Below are positions 49,574-64,000 of a DNA stretch of 64,000 nucleotides, piece by piece. A model generated the notes under the pieces. That model was given only the letters and a program-made list of their open reading frames with translations. It was not told where the DNA came from and did no database searches. Each line of letters starts with the position of its first letter. Position 1 is the stretch's first letter. Position numbers and translations under genes: made by a program. Origin of the DNA: the human T2T-CHM13v2.0 reference genome, Homo sapiens. Where the stretch lies: NCBI RefSeq assembly GCF_009914755.1, contig NC_060925.1. One strand, written 5' to 3'.

Positions 49574-50345
49574 GGTGATGGTTAACTTTATGTGTTAAGT
49601 TGGCTGGGCCACAGGATGCCTAGTTATCTGGTTAAAGATTATTCTGGGTGTTTCCGTGAGGGTGGTTTTGTATAAGATTAATATTTAAATTGGGGGACTT
49701 TCAGTAAAGCAGATTGCCCCCCATAACATGAGTGGGCCTCCTTCAACCAGTTGAAGGTCTTAGGAGAACAAAGGGACTGGCCTCTCTCAAGCAAGAGAGA
49801 ATTCTACAGCTGACAACATTTAGACTTGAACTGCAGCTTTGGCTTTCCTGGGTCTCCAGCCCGCCAGACCACCCCGCACATTTTGGACTTGCCAGCTGCC
49901 ACAATCACGTGAGCAATTTTTTTTCTTCAGGTCTCACAATTTGTTCTCAAGCAATTTCTTATAATAAATATTTTTATGATAAGTATGTGTGTATATATAC
50001 ATATATACACATTACATATATATGTGTGTGTATGTATGTGTATATATAGATTGATGCAAAAGTAATTGTGGTTTTTGCCATTATTTTCAATGGCAAAAGC
50101 CACAATTAATTTTGTACCACCCTAATATATATACACATGTGTATATATGTGTGTATATACATATAATATGTGTGTATATATGTGTATATATGTATACACA
50201 CGCACTCATACATCATTGTAAAAATACATAGATATCATGGAATCATGACAGGCCCATGTTATCTTGAAAGGCTTCACAATGCCAACCCAGGGAATATTAT
50301 AAATATCCTACTGGTCCTGTTTCCCTGAGAACCCTGACTAATATA
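49574..50345 (+). mobile_element. MLT2C/D-like ERVL LTR containing (TA/TG)n, a MADE1 and an 85-bp templated insert
   Basis: GTGATGGTTAACTTTATGTGTTAAGTTGGCTGGGCCACAGG...GAGAACCCTGACTAATATA; TSD GGCAT/GGCAC. Confidence 0.85.
50046..50125. mobile_element. MADE1 (Hsmar1-derived MITE), 80-bp hairpin
   Basis: TTGATGCAAAAGTAATTGTGGTTTTTGCCATT-ATTTTC-AATGGCAAAAGCCACAATTAATTTTGTACCA, inserted in a (TA)n tract. Confidence 0.92.
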
Positions 50346-50493
50346 GGCACTAAGTACAAACCTACAGGCAGGTTGTTCTGACTTATCCCTTGAAAAGAAT
50401 ATATTAACAAGACAATTCAGATGAGCATGAATTATGCTCAGCAGCCTCCCTATGGCAATATTATATTTTTATAAGGAAAGCTAGGTAGTCTAA

Positions 50494-50711
<218 letters not shown>

Positions 50712-52109
50712 TTGTCTGTGATTCTTAAAAAATGCCATGAGGTCTTCTTACAAGGTACCTTAGGTTATGTTCTCTGCTAGCCATGGAGAGCATTTTCTTG
50801 ATTTGCTTATAATTACAGAACTGAGGAAAATTGTAAGAAAGTAAGTTTTCATTCTAAATTTCTGATTAATCATCAGAGAATATATTGCTAGAGGATGAGT
50901 CTAACTCTATTTAACTCTTGGAAATGAGCCCCATCTACAACTGACATGAGAGCAGGTCCTTAATAGATCCTCCTGAGGACACAAAGTTGAGAGTAAAAAA
51001 GCAATCAACTAAATGTTCATCTTCACAGCATGCATTTTTCCTTCTGTGGAGTTGTGTAAGAAAAGTAGGGAGGAGATAGGAGACAGTTAGAAGGCTAGGT
51101 TCTATAGTATTCGTTGAAGAAACATTGTAAAAATACATAGAGATCATGGAATCCTGACAGGCCCATGTTATCTTGACAAGCTTCACAATGCCAACCCAAG
51201 GAATATTTCAAAGGTGGGACTCAAACCAACAAAAATCTTTAGGACATGAGATAAAATGAATGGGGTAGCTGAATACGCTAGAAATGGAAGAAAAATTCTA
51301 GAGTTAAAAGTTATATTTATTCTCTCAATAGATGTTTATTAGATTTGGACTATGTGTCAACTACTATGTTAAATGATAAACTACACCAGTTTTGAGCTTA
51401 GATTGGCAAGCCTGATGGTAGGCAAAATAAATATCAACAAGAGATATATTAGCAAATGATGTAAAGGAATTAAGTGATTGTATGGATAATTTTGTGTTTA
51501 TAATAACTGTTTTCACCTAAAATATTAAAGTAAAATATCAACAAGAGATATATTTATAGTTTACCTTCATTTGCTACCAGCATATTCTCTAGTCACTACC
51601 ATTTAAACATTTAAAAGCACATACTTTATTCAGATTTGTACAAATAAGAGTGAGTGACATGTGTTTTAAGAGTATTTTTTTTGCATCTGATTTTTTGTTT
51701 TTAAGTGAACAGCAATTTATGCCACAGAGAAGAATTAGAAAAGAATCCAAACATTAGAGGAAGGAAAAAGGAGGTGGAGAAGTGAGAAAAAGATAAGGAA
51801 AAAGAGGGAATAAAGATCATGGAAGAATATTTAGATCTTCCAATTCTCCTTAAACACATGCAGTGCATACTCAGCAATTCTACCCAGAAAGGCCAGAAGT
51901 CACTGGGATAAGCATCCTATATTTACTATGAAACATTTACCTAAGCAATTGTTTTTGTTTTTTGTTTGTTTTATGTGTGTATGTGTGTCTAAGTTTTGAC
52001 TTTGTTTAAAGCAATCTAGCCAGACAAACTAAATTTTAGTAAGATATTTCTTTTTAAAAATGACCAATTACCATATTTTAACTGTTTACAGGTAAATAAA
52101 GATGTGATA

Positions 52110-52623
52110 ATTACTCAATTGACTGAGCATCATTCAATTTGCTGAGGACTCAAATAGAACAAAAGGTCAGGGAATGAGAACTTAATCTTGATATTGAGCT
52201 GGGACATCTATCTTCAGACATCAGTGTTCTGGAACTTAACACCATTGCCCCTATCACCCTACCCTAGATATCAGGCCTTCAGACTTGAAATAAATTACAG
52301 TGCAGGCTTCCCTCTTTCTCCAGCTTGCAACTTCTCAGCCACCATAATTCCATGAACCAATTCCATATATATAATATGAACATATATGAAGCATATACAC
52401 ACACACTATATATATATATAAAATATATGTATAAAATATATATAAAATATATACATATATCCTACTGGTTCAGTTATTCTGGAGAACCATGACTAACACA
52501 GATTTTGGTACTAAGAGTGGTTTTAGGGGAACACAATTTTAAAGATGACTTTTCTGAATTGATTCAAGGGTTTCTGGAATTGGCACTCTAATTTGTTTCA
52601 ATTTAAATATGTTAATGACTCTA
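52110..52623 (+). mobile_element. MLT2-type LTR (partial) plus first ~120 bp of ERVL internal region
   Basis: LTR end CTGGAGAACCATGACTAACACA at 52500, then GATTTTGGTACTAAGAGTGG; 52506-52523 matches a tRNA-Leu PBS (TGGTACCAGGAGTGGGGT) at 14/18. Confidence 0.78.
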
Positions 52624-55540
52624 AGAAATAGACATATAAATTAAATGACAAATAATTCAAAATAACTGCCATAAAAATGTTCAATGATCTCAGGAAAGCA
52701 ATGAATCAAAAAAATGAGAAATTAACATGAGAAAACATTGAAACAAAATTTGGGGTAGATAAATACAATAACTGTATTGAAATATTTACTAGAGGGGCTC
52801 GACAGAGACTCAGTTATGCAGAAGAAAGAATCAGCAACCTTGAAGACAGGTCACTTGAAATTAACCAGTCAGAGGAGCAAAGAAAAAAAAAAAAGTAAGT
52901 AAAGCCTAAGGGACTTACAGAATACAGTCAAGTGAACCATTAGAGGATTCTACTTAACATTTAAAGAAGAATTAACATCAGTGTTTTTCAAATTCTTCAA
53001 AAAATTGAAGAAGAGGGAAGTCCAAACTTATGAGGCCAATTTAGAATTCTGATTCGAAAGCCAACAAATATTACAAGAAAATGAAACTATGGACCAATAT
53101 CCTTGATAAATATAGATGCAAAAATAATCAACAAAACAGTAGCAAACCAAGTTTAATATCAAATTTAGTGGCATATTAAGAGGATATACACCATGGCCGA
53201 GTGGAATTTATCCTTGGAATGCAAGGATAGTTTGCCATATGAAAACCAAACAATATGAAACTTCACATTATCAGAACAAGTGATAACAACCAGATGATCA
53301 TATCAGTAGATGTAGAAAAAGCACTTGAAAAAAATTTAGTACCTCTTTAAGACAAAAACACTGATCAAACTAGGAATAGAAAGAAATTACCTCAACATAA
53401 AAAAGCCATATGTGAAAGACTCACAGCTAATATCATAATCAATGCTTTAAAAAATATCTGGAAGCTTTTCTGCTAAGATCAGGAACAAGTCAAGGATACC
53501 CACTCACACCACTTCTATTCAGTACTATTTCTAGTACTGAAAGTCATAGCCAGAGCAATTAGGCAAGAAAGACAAATAAAATGCATGCAAATTGTAAAAG
53601 AAGAAATAAAATTGTCCTTATTAACACATGACATGATCTTATATATATAAACCATGAATAAGTCCACCAAAACAAACCTATTAGAGCTAATGAACACATT
53701 CAGCAAAGTTGCAGAATACAAACTTAGTATACAAAAATCAGTTGCATTTCTATTAATTAATAATAAACATCCAAAAAGGACATAAGGAAAACAATCTCAT
53801 TTACAATACTATTAAGAAGAATACAATACTTAGGTAAAACTTAATCAAGGAAATGAAAGATGTGTACACTGAAAAACACAATTTATTCATGAAAAAATTA
53901 AAGAAGATTCAGATAAGTGAAAAGATATCCCAGGTTCATGGAATAAAAAATTTAATGTTTTTAAATTGTCCATTGTAGCCAAAGTGATCTACAGACTCAA
54001 TGCAACTACCATAAAAATCCCAATAGTACTTTTTGCAGAAATAGGAAAAAAAATTATAAAATTTATATGAAACCACAAAAAAAGAAAACCCAGATAGCTA
54101 AAAACACCTCACACTTTCTGACTTCAAAACATATTACAGAGGTAGAGTAATCATAATAGGATGGTACTGGCATAAAGACAAGTCTATAGACAACAGAGGA
54201 AAATAGAGAGTACAGAAATAAACCTTTACATAGTGGGTCAAATGATCTTTGATAAGGGCACCAAGACCACAGATGGGAAAATGATAGTCTGTTTTACAAA
54301 TGAATTTAGGAAACCTGGATGCCCACATGCAAACAAATGAAACTGGACTCATCTTTCACATTACACAAAAATCAACTCAAAATGTATTAAATCCTTAAGT
54401 GTAATACCTAAAACTATAAAACTCAGAGAAAACAACATAGAAGGAAAGCTTCATAACATTGATCTTAGCAATGATTTCCTGGATATAACACTAAAAGCAG
54501 AGGCAACAAAAGCAAAAACACACAAGCCGGATTAAATCAAACTAAAAAGCTTGTGTAAAGCAAAGGAAACAATCACAGAGTGAAAAGGGAACATATAGAA
54601 TGGGAGAAAATATCTGTAGACCACATATCTGATAAGGGGTTAATATCCAGTCATGTGAGGAACTCCTACAACTAAATAATAAGAAAAAAAATGAAATATT
54701 TGATTTTTAAAATAAACAAAGAACTTAAATAGACCTTTCTCCAAGGAAGACATACAAGTAGTCAATATGTACATGAAAAGACTCTCAATATCACTAATAT
54801 TCAGGAAAATGCAAATTAAAACCATAATGAGATATTACCTCATAATTCTCAAGATGACCATTATCAAAGAAACAACAAAAATGAAACAGAGAGCAACAAG
54901 AAATAACAAGTTTAGGCAAGGGTGTGGAGAAAAGGGAACCCTTGTGCACCATTGGTACAAATGTAACTTCTATAATCTTTATGAAAAACAATATGGAGGT
55001 TTCTCATCATTGAAAGTAGAAGTATCATATGATCCAGCAATCCCACTTCCAGGTATTTATTTAAATAATTCAAAACAGGGTCTTGAAATAATATGTGCAC
55101 TTTCACTTTCATGTTCATTTTGGCATTAGTCACAATAGCCTAGATGTAAAAACAACTAAAATCCTTTGATGGATGAATGGATAAAGAAAATGTGGCATAA
55201 TCATGCAATGGGATACTTTTCAGCCTTTAAAAAGAAAAAAAAATTATCCTACGCCATAACATGGGTGAACTTTGAGGATGTTATGTTAAGTGAAATTAGC
55301 TAGTTATAGAAGGACAAATACCACATGATTCTACTTATATGAGGTATCAAAAGTAGTAAAAACTCATAGAAATGGAAAGTTTAATGTTAGCTGCCAGTGA
55401 CTCAGGGTAGGGGGAAATGGAGATTTGCTATGCAATGAATCTAGAGTTTCAGTCACGCAAGATGAAAAAGCTCTAGAGATGTGTTGTACAACGAGTAGGT
55501 GTCATATTATGTGTTTTTTTTACCACAATAAAGAAAAAAT
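52624..55540 (+). mobile_element. L1MA9/L1MB1-like LINE-1: short ORF1 piece joined to ORF2 RT and 3' end
   Basis: ORF1-like GCAGAAGAAAGAATCAGCAACCTTGAAGACAGG; ORF2 C-terminus SLIFRKMQIKTIMRYYL...YDPAIPLPGIY; 3'UTR AGTTTCAGTCACGCAAGATGAAAAAGCTCTAGAGAT. Confidence 0.85.
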
Positions 55541-55602
55541 ATAAATCATATAAAGTATCACCTTTGGCCACAACAAAATTAAACTAAAATTAAATAATGT
55601 GA

Positions 55603-55956
<354 letters not shown>

Positions 55957-56044
55957 AACATACTTCTTAATGACCTCTGGGTCAAAAAAGGACTCATAAG
56001 GGAAATTAGAAAATATTTTGAACTAAAGGTAAATAGAAACACAA

Positions 56045-57022
<978 letters not shown>

Positions 57023-57870
57023 ATAACATATCAAAATTTATAGACTGAAGCAAGAAAGTAGGATTTAGAGTGAAATTTATAGCATAAAATGCTTGTATCA
57101 GGAAGATAAACAAGGTCTCAAATCTGTAATATGTCATCCTTAAGTTCTCAAAAAAAAATCTGTGATATATTTTTCCACCTTAGGAAAAAAAGGAGGAAAT
57201 TTAACCAAAATATGCAATAAAATAGAAAAAAATAAAAATAAGTATGGGAATAATTGAAAATGGAAACAGAAAAACAAGGGAAAATCGGATAAAACCAAAA
57301 GACGCTACTTTGAGAGGGTCAATAAAACTGATAAACAACTAGTCAGTCTGAACATACCAAAAAAGATATCAGGAATGAAAGAGGGAACATTAATACTGAT
57401 TCTACAGGAATTAAAAGGATAATAAGGGAATGTTAGTAATATAGTCCTATACTAGTAACTAATTAAATTTATGGATAAAAATCTTCCCACAAGGAAAATT
57501 TCAGGTCCAGTTGATTTCATTGGGGAATTTAAAGAAATATATTTAAGTAGAAAATTGATACTAGGAGTTCTCCTCAAACTTCCAGAAAATAGATGAGAAG
57601 GAAAACCTTCCCAACTCCTTTTATGAGGCAAGCAGTACCCTGATGTCAAAAATGTCAAAGATATTACAAAAAAATAATAAATTGCTGACCAGTATCCCAT
57701 GTTAACACAGACACAACAATTGTTACTTTCAGAAAATTAAATTAAGGAAAATATTTAAAAAGATAACACATCTTTACCAACCGGCTTTATCTCAAGAATG
57801 CAAGGTTGATTTTACATTTGAAAATCAATCCATGTATCTCATTGTTTATTACAATAAAGGAGAAAAGCCC

Positions 57871-58249
57871 TGTTAAATCAAGTTTGACTTAAAGCTGCCT
57901 CCTTACATATTTTAAGTTCGGCCTAAAGACTTAACTGTACATCTTGAATTATAACAAGTGGAGGTGTAAACAGACCCTAGCCTACCGTTGTGCCAGTGAC
58001 TGAGTTTTGGCCAATCAAATGTAGCCAACTCTTTGAACCATTTTCAAATAAGGTAAACTCTGAGTTATAACCAATCCAGCTGTTTCTGTACCTCACTTTC
58101 CTTTTTCTTTCCATAAAATCTTCTTCTGCCACATGGTTGCACTAGCGTCTCTGAGCCTACTCTGACTCAGGAGGCTGCCGATTCGTGAATCATTCATTGC
58201 TCAATTAAACTCTTTTAAATTTAATTTGGCTGAAGTTTTTCTTTTATCA
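57871..58249 (+). mobile_element. MER57A/B-like ERV1 solo LTR
   Basis: TGTTAAATCAAGTTTGACTTAAAGCTGCCTCCTTACATATTTTAAGTTCGGCCTAAAG...TTTCTTTTATCA; two CCAAT boxes. Confidence 0.85.
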
Positions 58250-61200
58250 ACCATAATAGATGCAGGAAAAGTATCTGACAAATTTTATTACCCATTTATG
58301 TTAAAAACTCTCAGCAAACTAAAAGAAGAAGGAAATTTCCTCAATTTAAACAAATTTTATATATATTTTTTGGTTTTTGGTTTTTGGGGTGTGTGTGTGT
58401 GTGTGTTTATACAAGTAACACAATAGTTAATGGTGAAACACTGAAAGCTTCCCCTCAAAAATCAACACCTATTCATAATATAAAAATTCTCAGCAAACCA
58501 AAAATTGAAGGCAACTTAGATATTCTGAAAAAAAAAATCTAGAAAAAAACAACGACTAACATCATATTTGGGGGTGGAACACTGAGTGATCATGAGCAAG
58601 GCAAGAATAACTGTTCTCACCAGCTCTTTTTGACATTATCCTGATAGTTGCAGCCAGAGCAAAAGGCAAGGAAAAGAAAGGAAAGACATACAAATTGGAA
58701 AGGGAAAAATAAATCTCTTTATGAATAGATGCCATGGCTGTTTATGGTGAAAATTTTAAGTCTAACAAAAACCTACTAGAACTAATAAGTGAGCTAACAC
58801 TTGTATCTTAAAAATTAAATTGGGGTATTAACAATAGCATAAAGTATGAATTATGGATAAACTTGACCAAATACATGCAATTCTTCTACACTTAAAACTA
58901 TAAATAAATACTAAGGCAATTTAAAGAAGACTTAATAAAGCGTGGTATATGCCATATTTGTTGATTGGAAAACATGATATTGTTGAGATGTCTCTCCAAA
59001 TTCTCTCCTCAAATTCATCTCCTCAAATTGGTCAATGAACTTATTCATTAAAATTGGCAATCACAAAATTCTAACAAGCTTATTTGTTGAAAGTGACAAG
59101 CTGATGTTAATTTTATGTGGAAATGCAAAAGACTTAGAATAATTGAAACAATTTTGAAAAAGGAGAACAAATCTGGAGGAGTTACGCTATCTTATTTCAG
59201 ACTTTAAAGCTATAGCTATCAAGATACTGGTTATCGGTATGAACAAAGATATACAGATCAATGGGCCAGAATACAGAAAAGAGATATAGACACATACAAA
59301 TATGGCAATTAATTTCAACTAAGGTGTCAAGGCAATTCAAAAGGGAAAAGATAGTCTTTTCAATGAATGTTTCAGGACAATTGAGGATATTCGTATGCAA
59401 GAAAATAAATAAACCTCCCTTACCTAATACTATATATAAAATTAATTTCAAATGCATGCTAGATCTAAATAGAACAGCTAAAATTTTTAAACTTTCAGAA
59501 TAAAACAGAAAATTCCTCTGAGCTGGGAGTAGAAAAGATTTCTCAGATAGGAATGAAAAGCACAAATCGTACAATGATAAATTGAACTTCATCAAAATGT
59601 TTATAAATTGTTGTTTAGGGAATACTGTTTTAAAAATGAAAGTGTAAGTTACATACTAAGAGGTAGTATGTTCATGACATAATATGATAAAGGAGGTATA
59701 TATTAAATATATAAAGAACTCTCACAACTCTGCAATAAAAAATTTGCAATTTAAAAAGGGAGAAATATATGGACATATTACCAAAGAAGACAAACAAATA
59801 GCAAATAAGCACACAAAAAAATACTTAATATCAGTAATGTTTAGAAAAATTAAAGTTAAAAGAACAATGACATATCTCTACATGACCACTAAAATGGCTA
59901 CAGTTTTAAAAGCTGATAATCCCCAGGGCTGAAAAGGATACGAAGTGACTGGAGATTGCATATATTGCATATATTGCTAGTATATTGCAGAATATTGCAT
60001 CCACTTTAGAAAGCAATATGGCAGTTTTTTAGAAAGGTGTTATATGTTCTAGCAATCCTACTTCTAGGTATTACTTTTTTTTAAAGGAAAACATATAGCC
60101 ACGAAAAATGTGTGCTTGGAATTTTCATAGAGCTTTATTCTTAATATAGGTCCAACTAGAAACAAACAAAATGTCCATCATATGGTGAATGGATAAACTC
60201 ATTTTTTTATAATCATATAATAGGCTCAAGAATTTAAAAAAAGAAGTTTAAAAGAAGATAAACTTTCGATACATGAATCTCAAAAGCATTATGATAAATG
60301 AAAGGAACCCAGTACCAAGACTGCCTAGTGAAATATTACATGACCTATACACCTCCATTTATATGAAATTCTGACAGAACTAGAGTCAAAGGAGGAGATC
60401 AGTGTTTGCTGAAAAAGGATTGAGGGTGTAAAGATTGACTGCAAGGGTCATGAAGGAAAATTTGGATTGATGGAAACGTTTTATGTCATGATTGTGGTGG
60501 TGGTTACACAACTTAATTTGTCAAAATTAACCAAATGTTACTCCTTTAAGGTTGGTACATTCTTTGTATACATATTATACTTCAATAAAAGCTAGTTACA
60601 TGAACAAATTAGAGTAGGATCACTACTCTGTCATGTACTATTTACTTTAAAATCCCCCAAAATAACCAAGTAAGTGCAGTACTTTTAATACTCTTCTTGT
60701 AAAGGAAGTCTTATGTGTGTTCTGGAGTTGAGTTAAAATCTTGAGGTGTTTCTGATAACTTTTGACTGCACAATCTCCCTTCAACCCTCAGAATGTAGCC
60801 TTCAAAAAACAAGAGGGGCTGCTAGGGTACAAATAGATTCCTAATATGGTTATGTATAGGGTAATTTCACAAAATGATTCCCAATATTACAATTTTGTGG
60901 ACAGAAAATGTACCATCACACATAATGTTTAAAAATATAATATCAATTGTTTTTGTTGATATATTTAACTCTTGGTCTCCGGTTTCCCTGAAAAAGCGTT
61001 TGGTTTTCCAGTTTTTTTCAATATTTTTCACTGGAAATACTTGAAAATTATTCAGTTGGTTAACACTAAGAAGTCTAATCTCCGTATCTATCTACTATAG
61101 CTTAGAATTTTTCATATTATAAAATTTTACATATCATAGATATTTTGCCTGCCATGTTTATTAAGCATTATATTTTAATCTGTTTTGTGGTTAGTATGAA

Positions 61201-61374
61201 ATTTCAAATCATATACCACACTGGTTTTAGATTTTGTGACTTAAAGATCTGTAATTAAATTACATTTTTTGAGTTTTTAAAAATAATCTGCAAGACACTT
61301 AAGCTGTATAGGTTTTAGTTTCTAAATTTGTGTTAAAATTTAAACAGAATTCATCAAAAAACATTTAGTGTAAT

Positions 61375-61405
61375 TCTGATGTAATTTAAATTAAATTACA
61401 TCAGA
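61375..61405. repeat. Perfect inverted repeat (15-bp arms, 1-nt spacer)
   Basis: TCTGATGTAATTTAA-A-TTAAATTACATCAGA. Confidence 0.95.
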
Positions 61406-64000
61406 GTTTCTGTTTCTTTAATTTCATTTTTCTAACACAAGAGGGAAGTGTTCTAAGGCTCTAGATGAAAACACATACTGAATGAAAACCCCTATGAAAT
61501 TAGGCAGGTATACTTAATTAAAGTTGCCACTTGGCTAATATGTTTTCCATACTCCCACACACTGTAATATCGTAAATATTCTTTATGTCCAAAGTGTGCA
61601 TCTTTGTGAAGAAAATTAATGGGTTCTGAGGAGAAATAAAACAGATGTTATTATTCTTTGGTGTTTTAACCATCTACCCATATCTTCCTCTTAAATGTCT
61701 GACAGCACTTTAGTACAGGAAGTCTGATATAAAGGGAATATCTGTGGCTAAAGCTATATACAGATGCTCAAATTATGAAATTAAAACATAAGGACAGTTT
61801 TGTTCCCATAATTAAGGTCTGTCCCTCACTTTCCTGCTTAGAAACTGAATTGCTCAAGTTCTGTCTTTTAGGCAGAGTTGTCTACATTCATCACATTTAC
61901 AGATCCCTGACTGAGAAAAGTTTTAGCGTTACATTCAGCTTTGTTGCAAAAATGTCAGCATTGTCTTGTACTTGGGATGGCTGGTTGTGTGTGATGGCCA
62001 AGGTCTGCTCAGGGAAGGGTACTCTTTGTTTGACTGAATCACTTGAGACCATAGAGAAAAGGTGCCCTGGGAATAATCAGAACTGGCTGATCAGAGGAGG
62101 AACAGAAATGTGGAGCTGTCCAAAAGAGAGAGGTGGAGAACTAGTTTGAAGTCAAAACCAAGCCAAAAGAACTGATGAGGTTAAGAAACCAGCAGGAAGG
62201 TATACTTGAAGTGTAAGCAAGTGATGCTTAAGACTGAAGGTGTGGAATTGGGCTAAAGCTGCCCAAAACAACAGTGATATTTTCTTTGCTTCTCTTGGTG
62301 AAAGAGCAGTGTCAAGACTTAAACATTGTATAAGAACCATTTTGCCATTTTAAACAAATCAACACTTGCAAACCATGTCCCTCCCTGCCCTATGATTGCC
62401 CCGTGTAAGCTTTTGGTTACAAAAAGCCCTCAGAACAAAAAATGCAGGCCAGTTGTAAAGCCTTCATTCACGAAGGCCCAGCCTCAGGGCTAAATGGGAG
62501 AGTTCTGCCAGCCATCAAACTTAACAGCCTTTAAACATGTGCAACATTTCTCTAAGCAAATTGGTTCCTTAATATGGTAAAATGTGCAGCACCCAAGGGG
62601 AAATACTGGTGATCTCATTGCCCAAAACTGATGGAGTCACAGCACTGTATTCCTGAAAAGTACTCATATTTTCCACTTTGATAAAATCAGAAGCAAATAT
62701 GAGAGTCAGTAGGTTTTGACATCCATTGTTCATTCTCACTTAACTTTTCTTCCTATATAGCAGAGCACAGTGGTTTAATTCATAGCTTATGGGATTTTTT
62801 TAATATAAACCATTCAAATTTTTTCTATATTAATCAGTGGTTTCTAAAGATCCACAGGGATAAATAAACTCTGCAAGCTGGCAGAGGTTTCTTGTGGCAC
62901 AACCACTGGTAGTTATAAACAGTAAACAAAACATAGTAACCATTTTAAGCACAAGAGATTGCTGTATCACACAGGGCATAAATCATTAGCTTAATAATTT
63001 CAGCAGCAGTGTCTCCAAAGCAAAATTAAGCCAACAGTTCCCCCTGTGGCAATAATGAAGTACTGTAATTGTAAAAGAAAAAAAACAAAACAAGAGAAGG
63101 CATGATTATACCTCAGCAATGATTGAAAATCCAAGTTCAATAAATAACTATAGGAATCTCATCTCTGCTGCTCTTTGGAGAGGTGGGAAAGGGCTTGCCT
63201 CCAACCCCCATGTCCATTCTTGTAGGCAATTTGACATGCACAAGCGCACTTTCCCTTAAGCCCCCACAATTCACATGTGCTGTAGGTAGGGCATGAAAGT
63301 GATGACTCATAACAACTGAGAAGATGACAAATTTCTCTCAGCTGTATAGGCGGACATTATTCAGAGAATTAAAGAGCCGAAAGAGTGCTAGGCCCAAGAC
63401 AGTCCAATGTTGAGCTGGGCCATAAAACCTGGATACATGTCTTCCTCATGAATTTGCCAAGTGTCAAAGTTCGTTTTTTAAAAACTGGCTAAAAATTTGG
63501 TGATTTGGGGTAAGTGCTATGGAACATTATCAGATAAAAGGAGTTCAGGGAGACCATCTTGATTCCTCTGCTGTGTCGAGTCAATACTATAGAATCTTCA
63601 TTTTTACTCTTTAGTCATCCATTTTATAAAATCAATATAGTCTTATTATTATCTCTCTTTTTAAAAAAAGCTTTGAGTGGACACAGTATCTCTTTGAATT
63701 TTCTCAATAATCCTATGTATTTAAAGTAGCATTTTACCTTTTAAAACATACCCTATTTTTGACTACCTATTATGAACACATCTATCTCCTCAGAATGTAT
63801 TTCATCTAAAAACTCTATGATTTAGTAAAGCAGAAGGTATATTATTTGCACAAAGCTAACTACCAGCTTGATTATCTTATTAGTGGATTGAGGAATGATT
63901 TGATTTGATAATACAGGGATACAGATTAAACTAGATTGTGTAGCGTCAGTGCCACTTTTACAGGATGGGCAGACCCCAGGCACCTAAGAAATAATCAACA

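Noticed and set aside
61775-62149. 124-aa ORF in unique sequence
   Set aside because: No recognisable domain, promoter or splice context; length is within chance expectation across six frames.

Overview
AT-rich, CpG-poor primate (human-like) genomic DNA that reads as intergenic or deep-intronic. Most of the window is interspersed repeat: old L1M LINEs, L2, MIR and HAL1 remnants, ten Alus, MaLR/ERVL LTRs, a decayed ERV1 provirus (MER31-like, 34.3-42.1 kb) with a tRNA-Arg PBS and an env remnant, and Tigger/mariner DNA transposons. Many elements are nested with readable target-site duplications (TSDs). No protein-coding gene, RNA gene, CpG island or CRISPR array can be supported; the ORF-track entries I can assign are repeat-derived and the rest look like chance ORFs. 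I found no convincing new biological system. The most unusual signal that repeat families do not explain is a cluster of three locally templated copies between 43 and 51.6 kb: a 262-bp inverted copy and two direct copies of 99 and 85 bp, all about 91-94% identical by manual count. Other notable structures are a twin-primed 5'-inverted L1, a TSD-bounded L1MA with ORF2 deleted inside a multi-layer L1 nest, an MSTA LTR inside an AluJ, an LTR8-type LTR inside a MER44 terminal repeat, and a perfect 31-bp palindrome. Subfamily names come from recalled consensus sequences and need RepeatMasker/Dfam confirmation.
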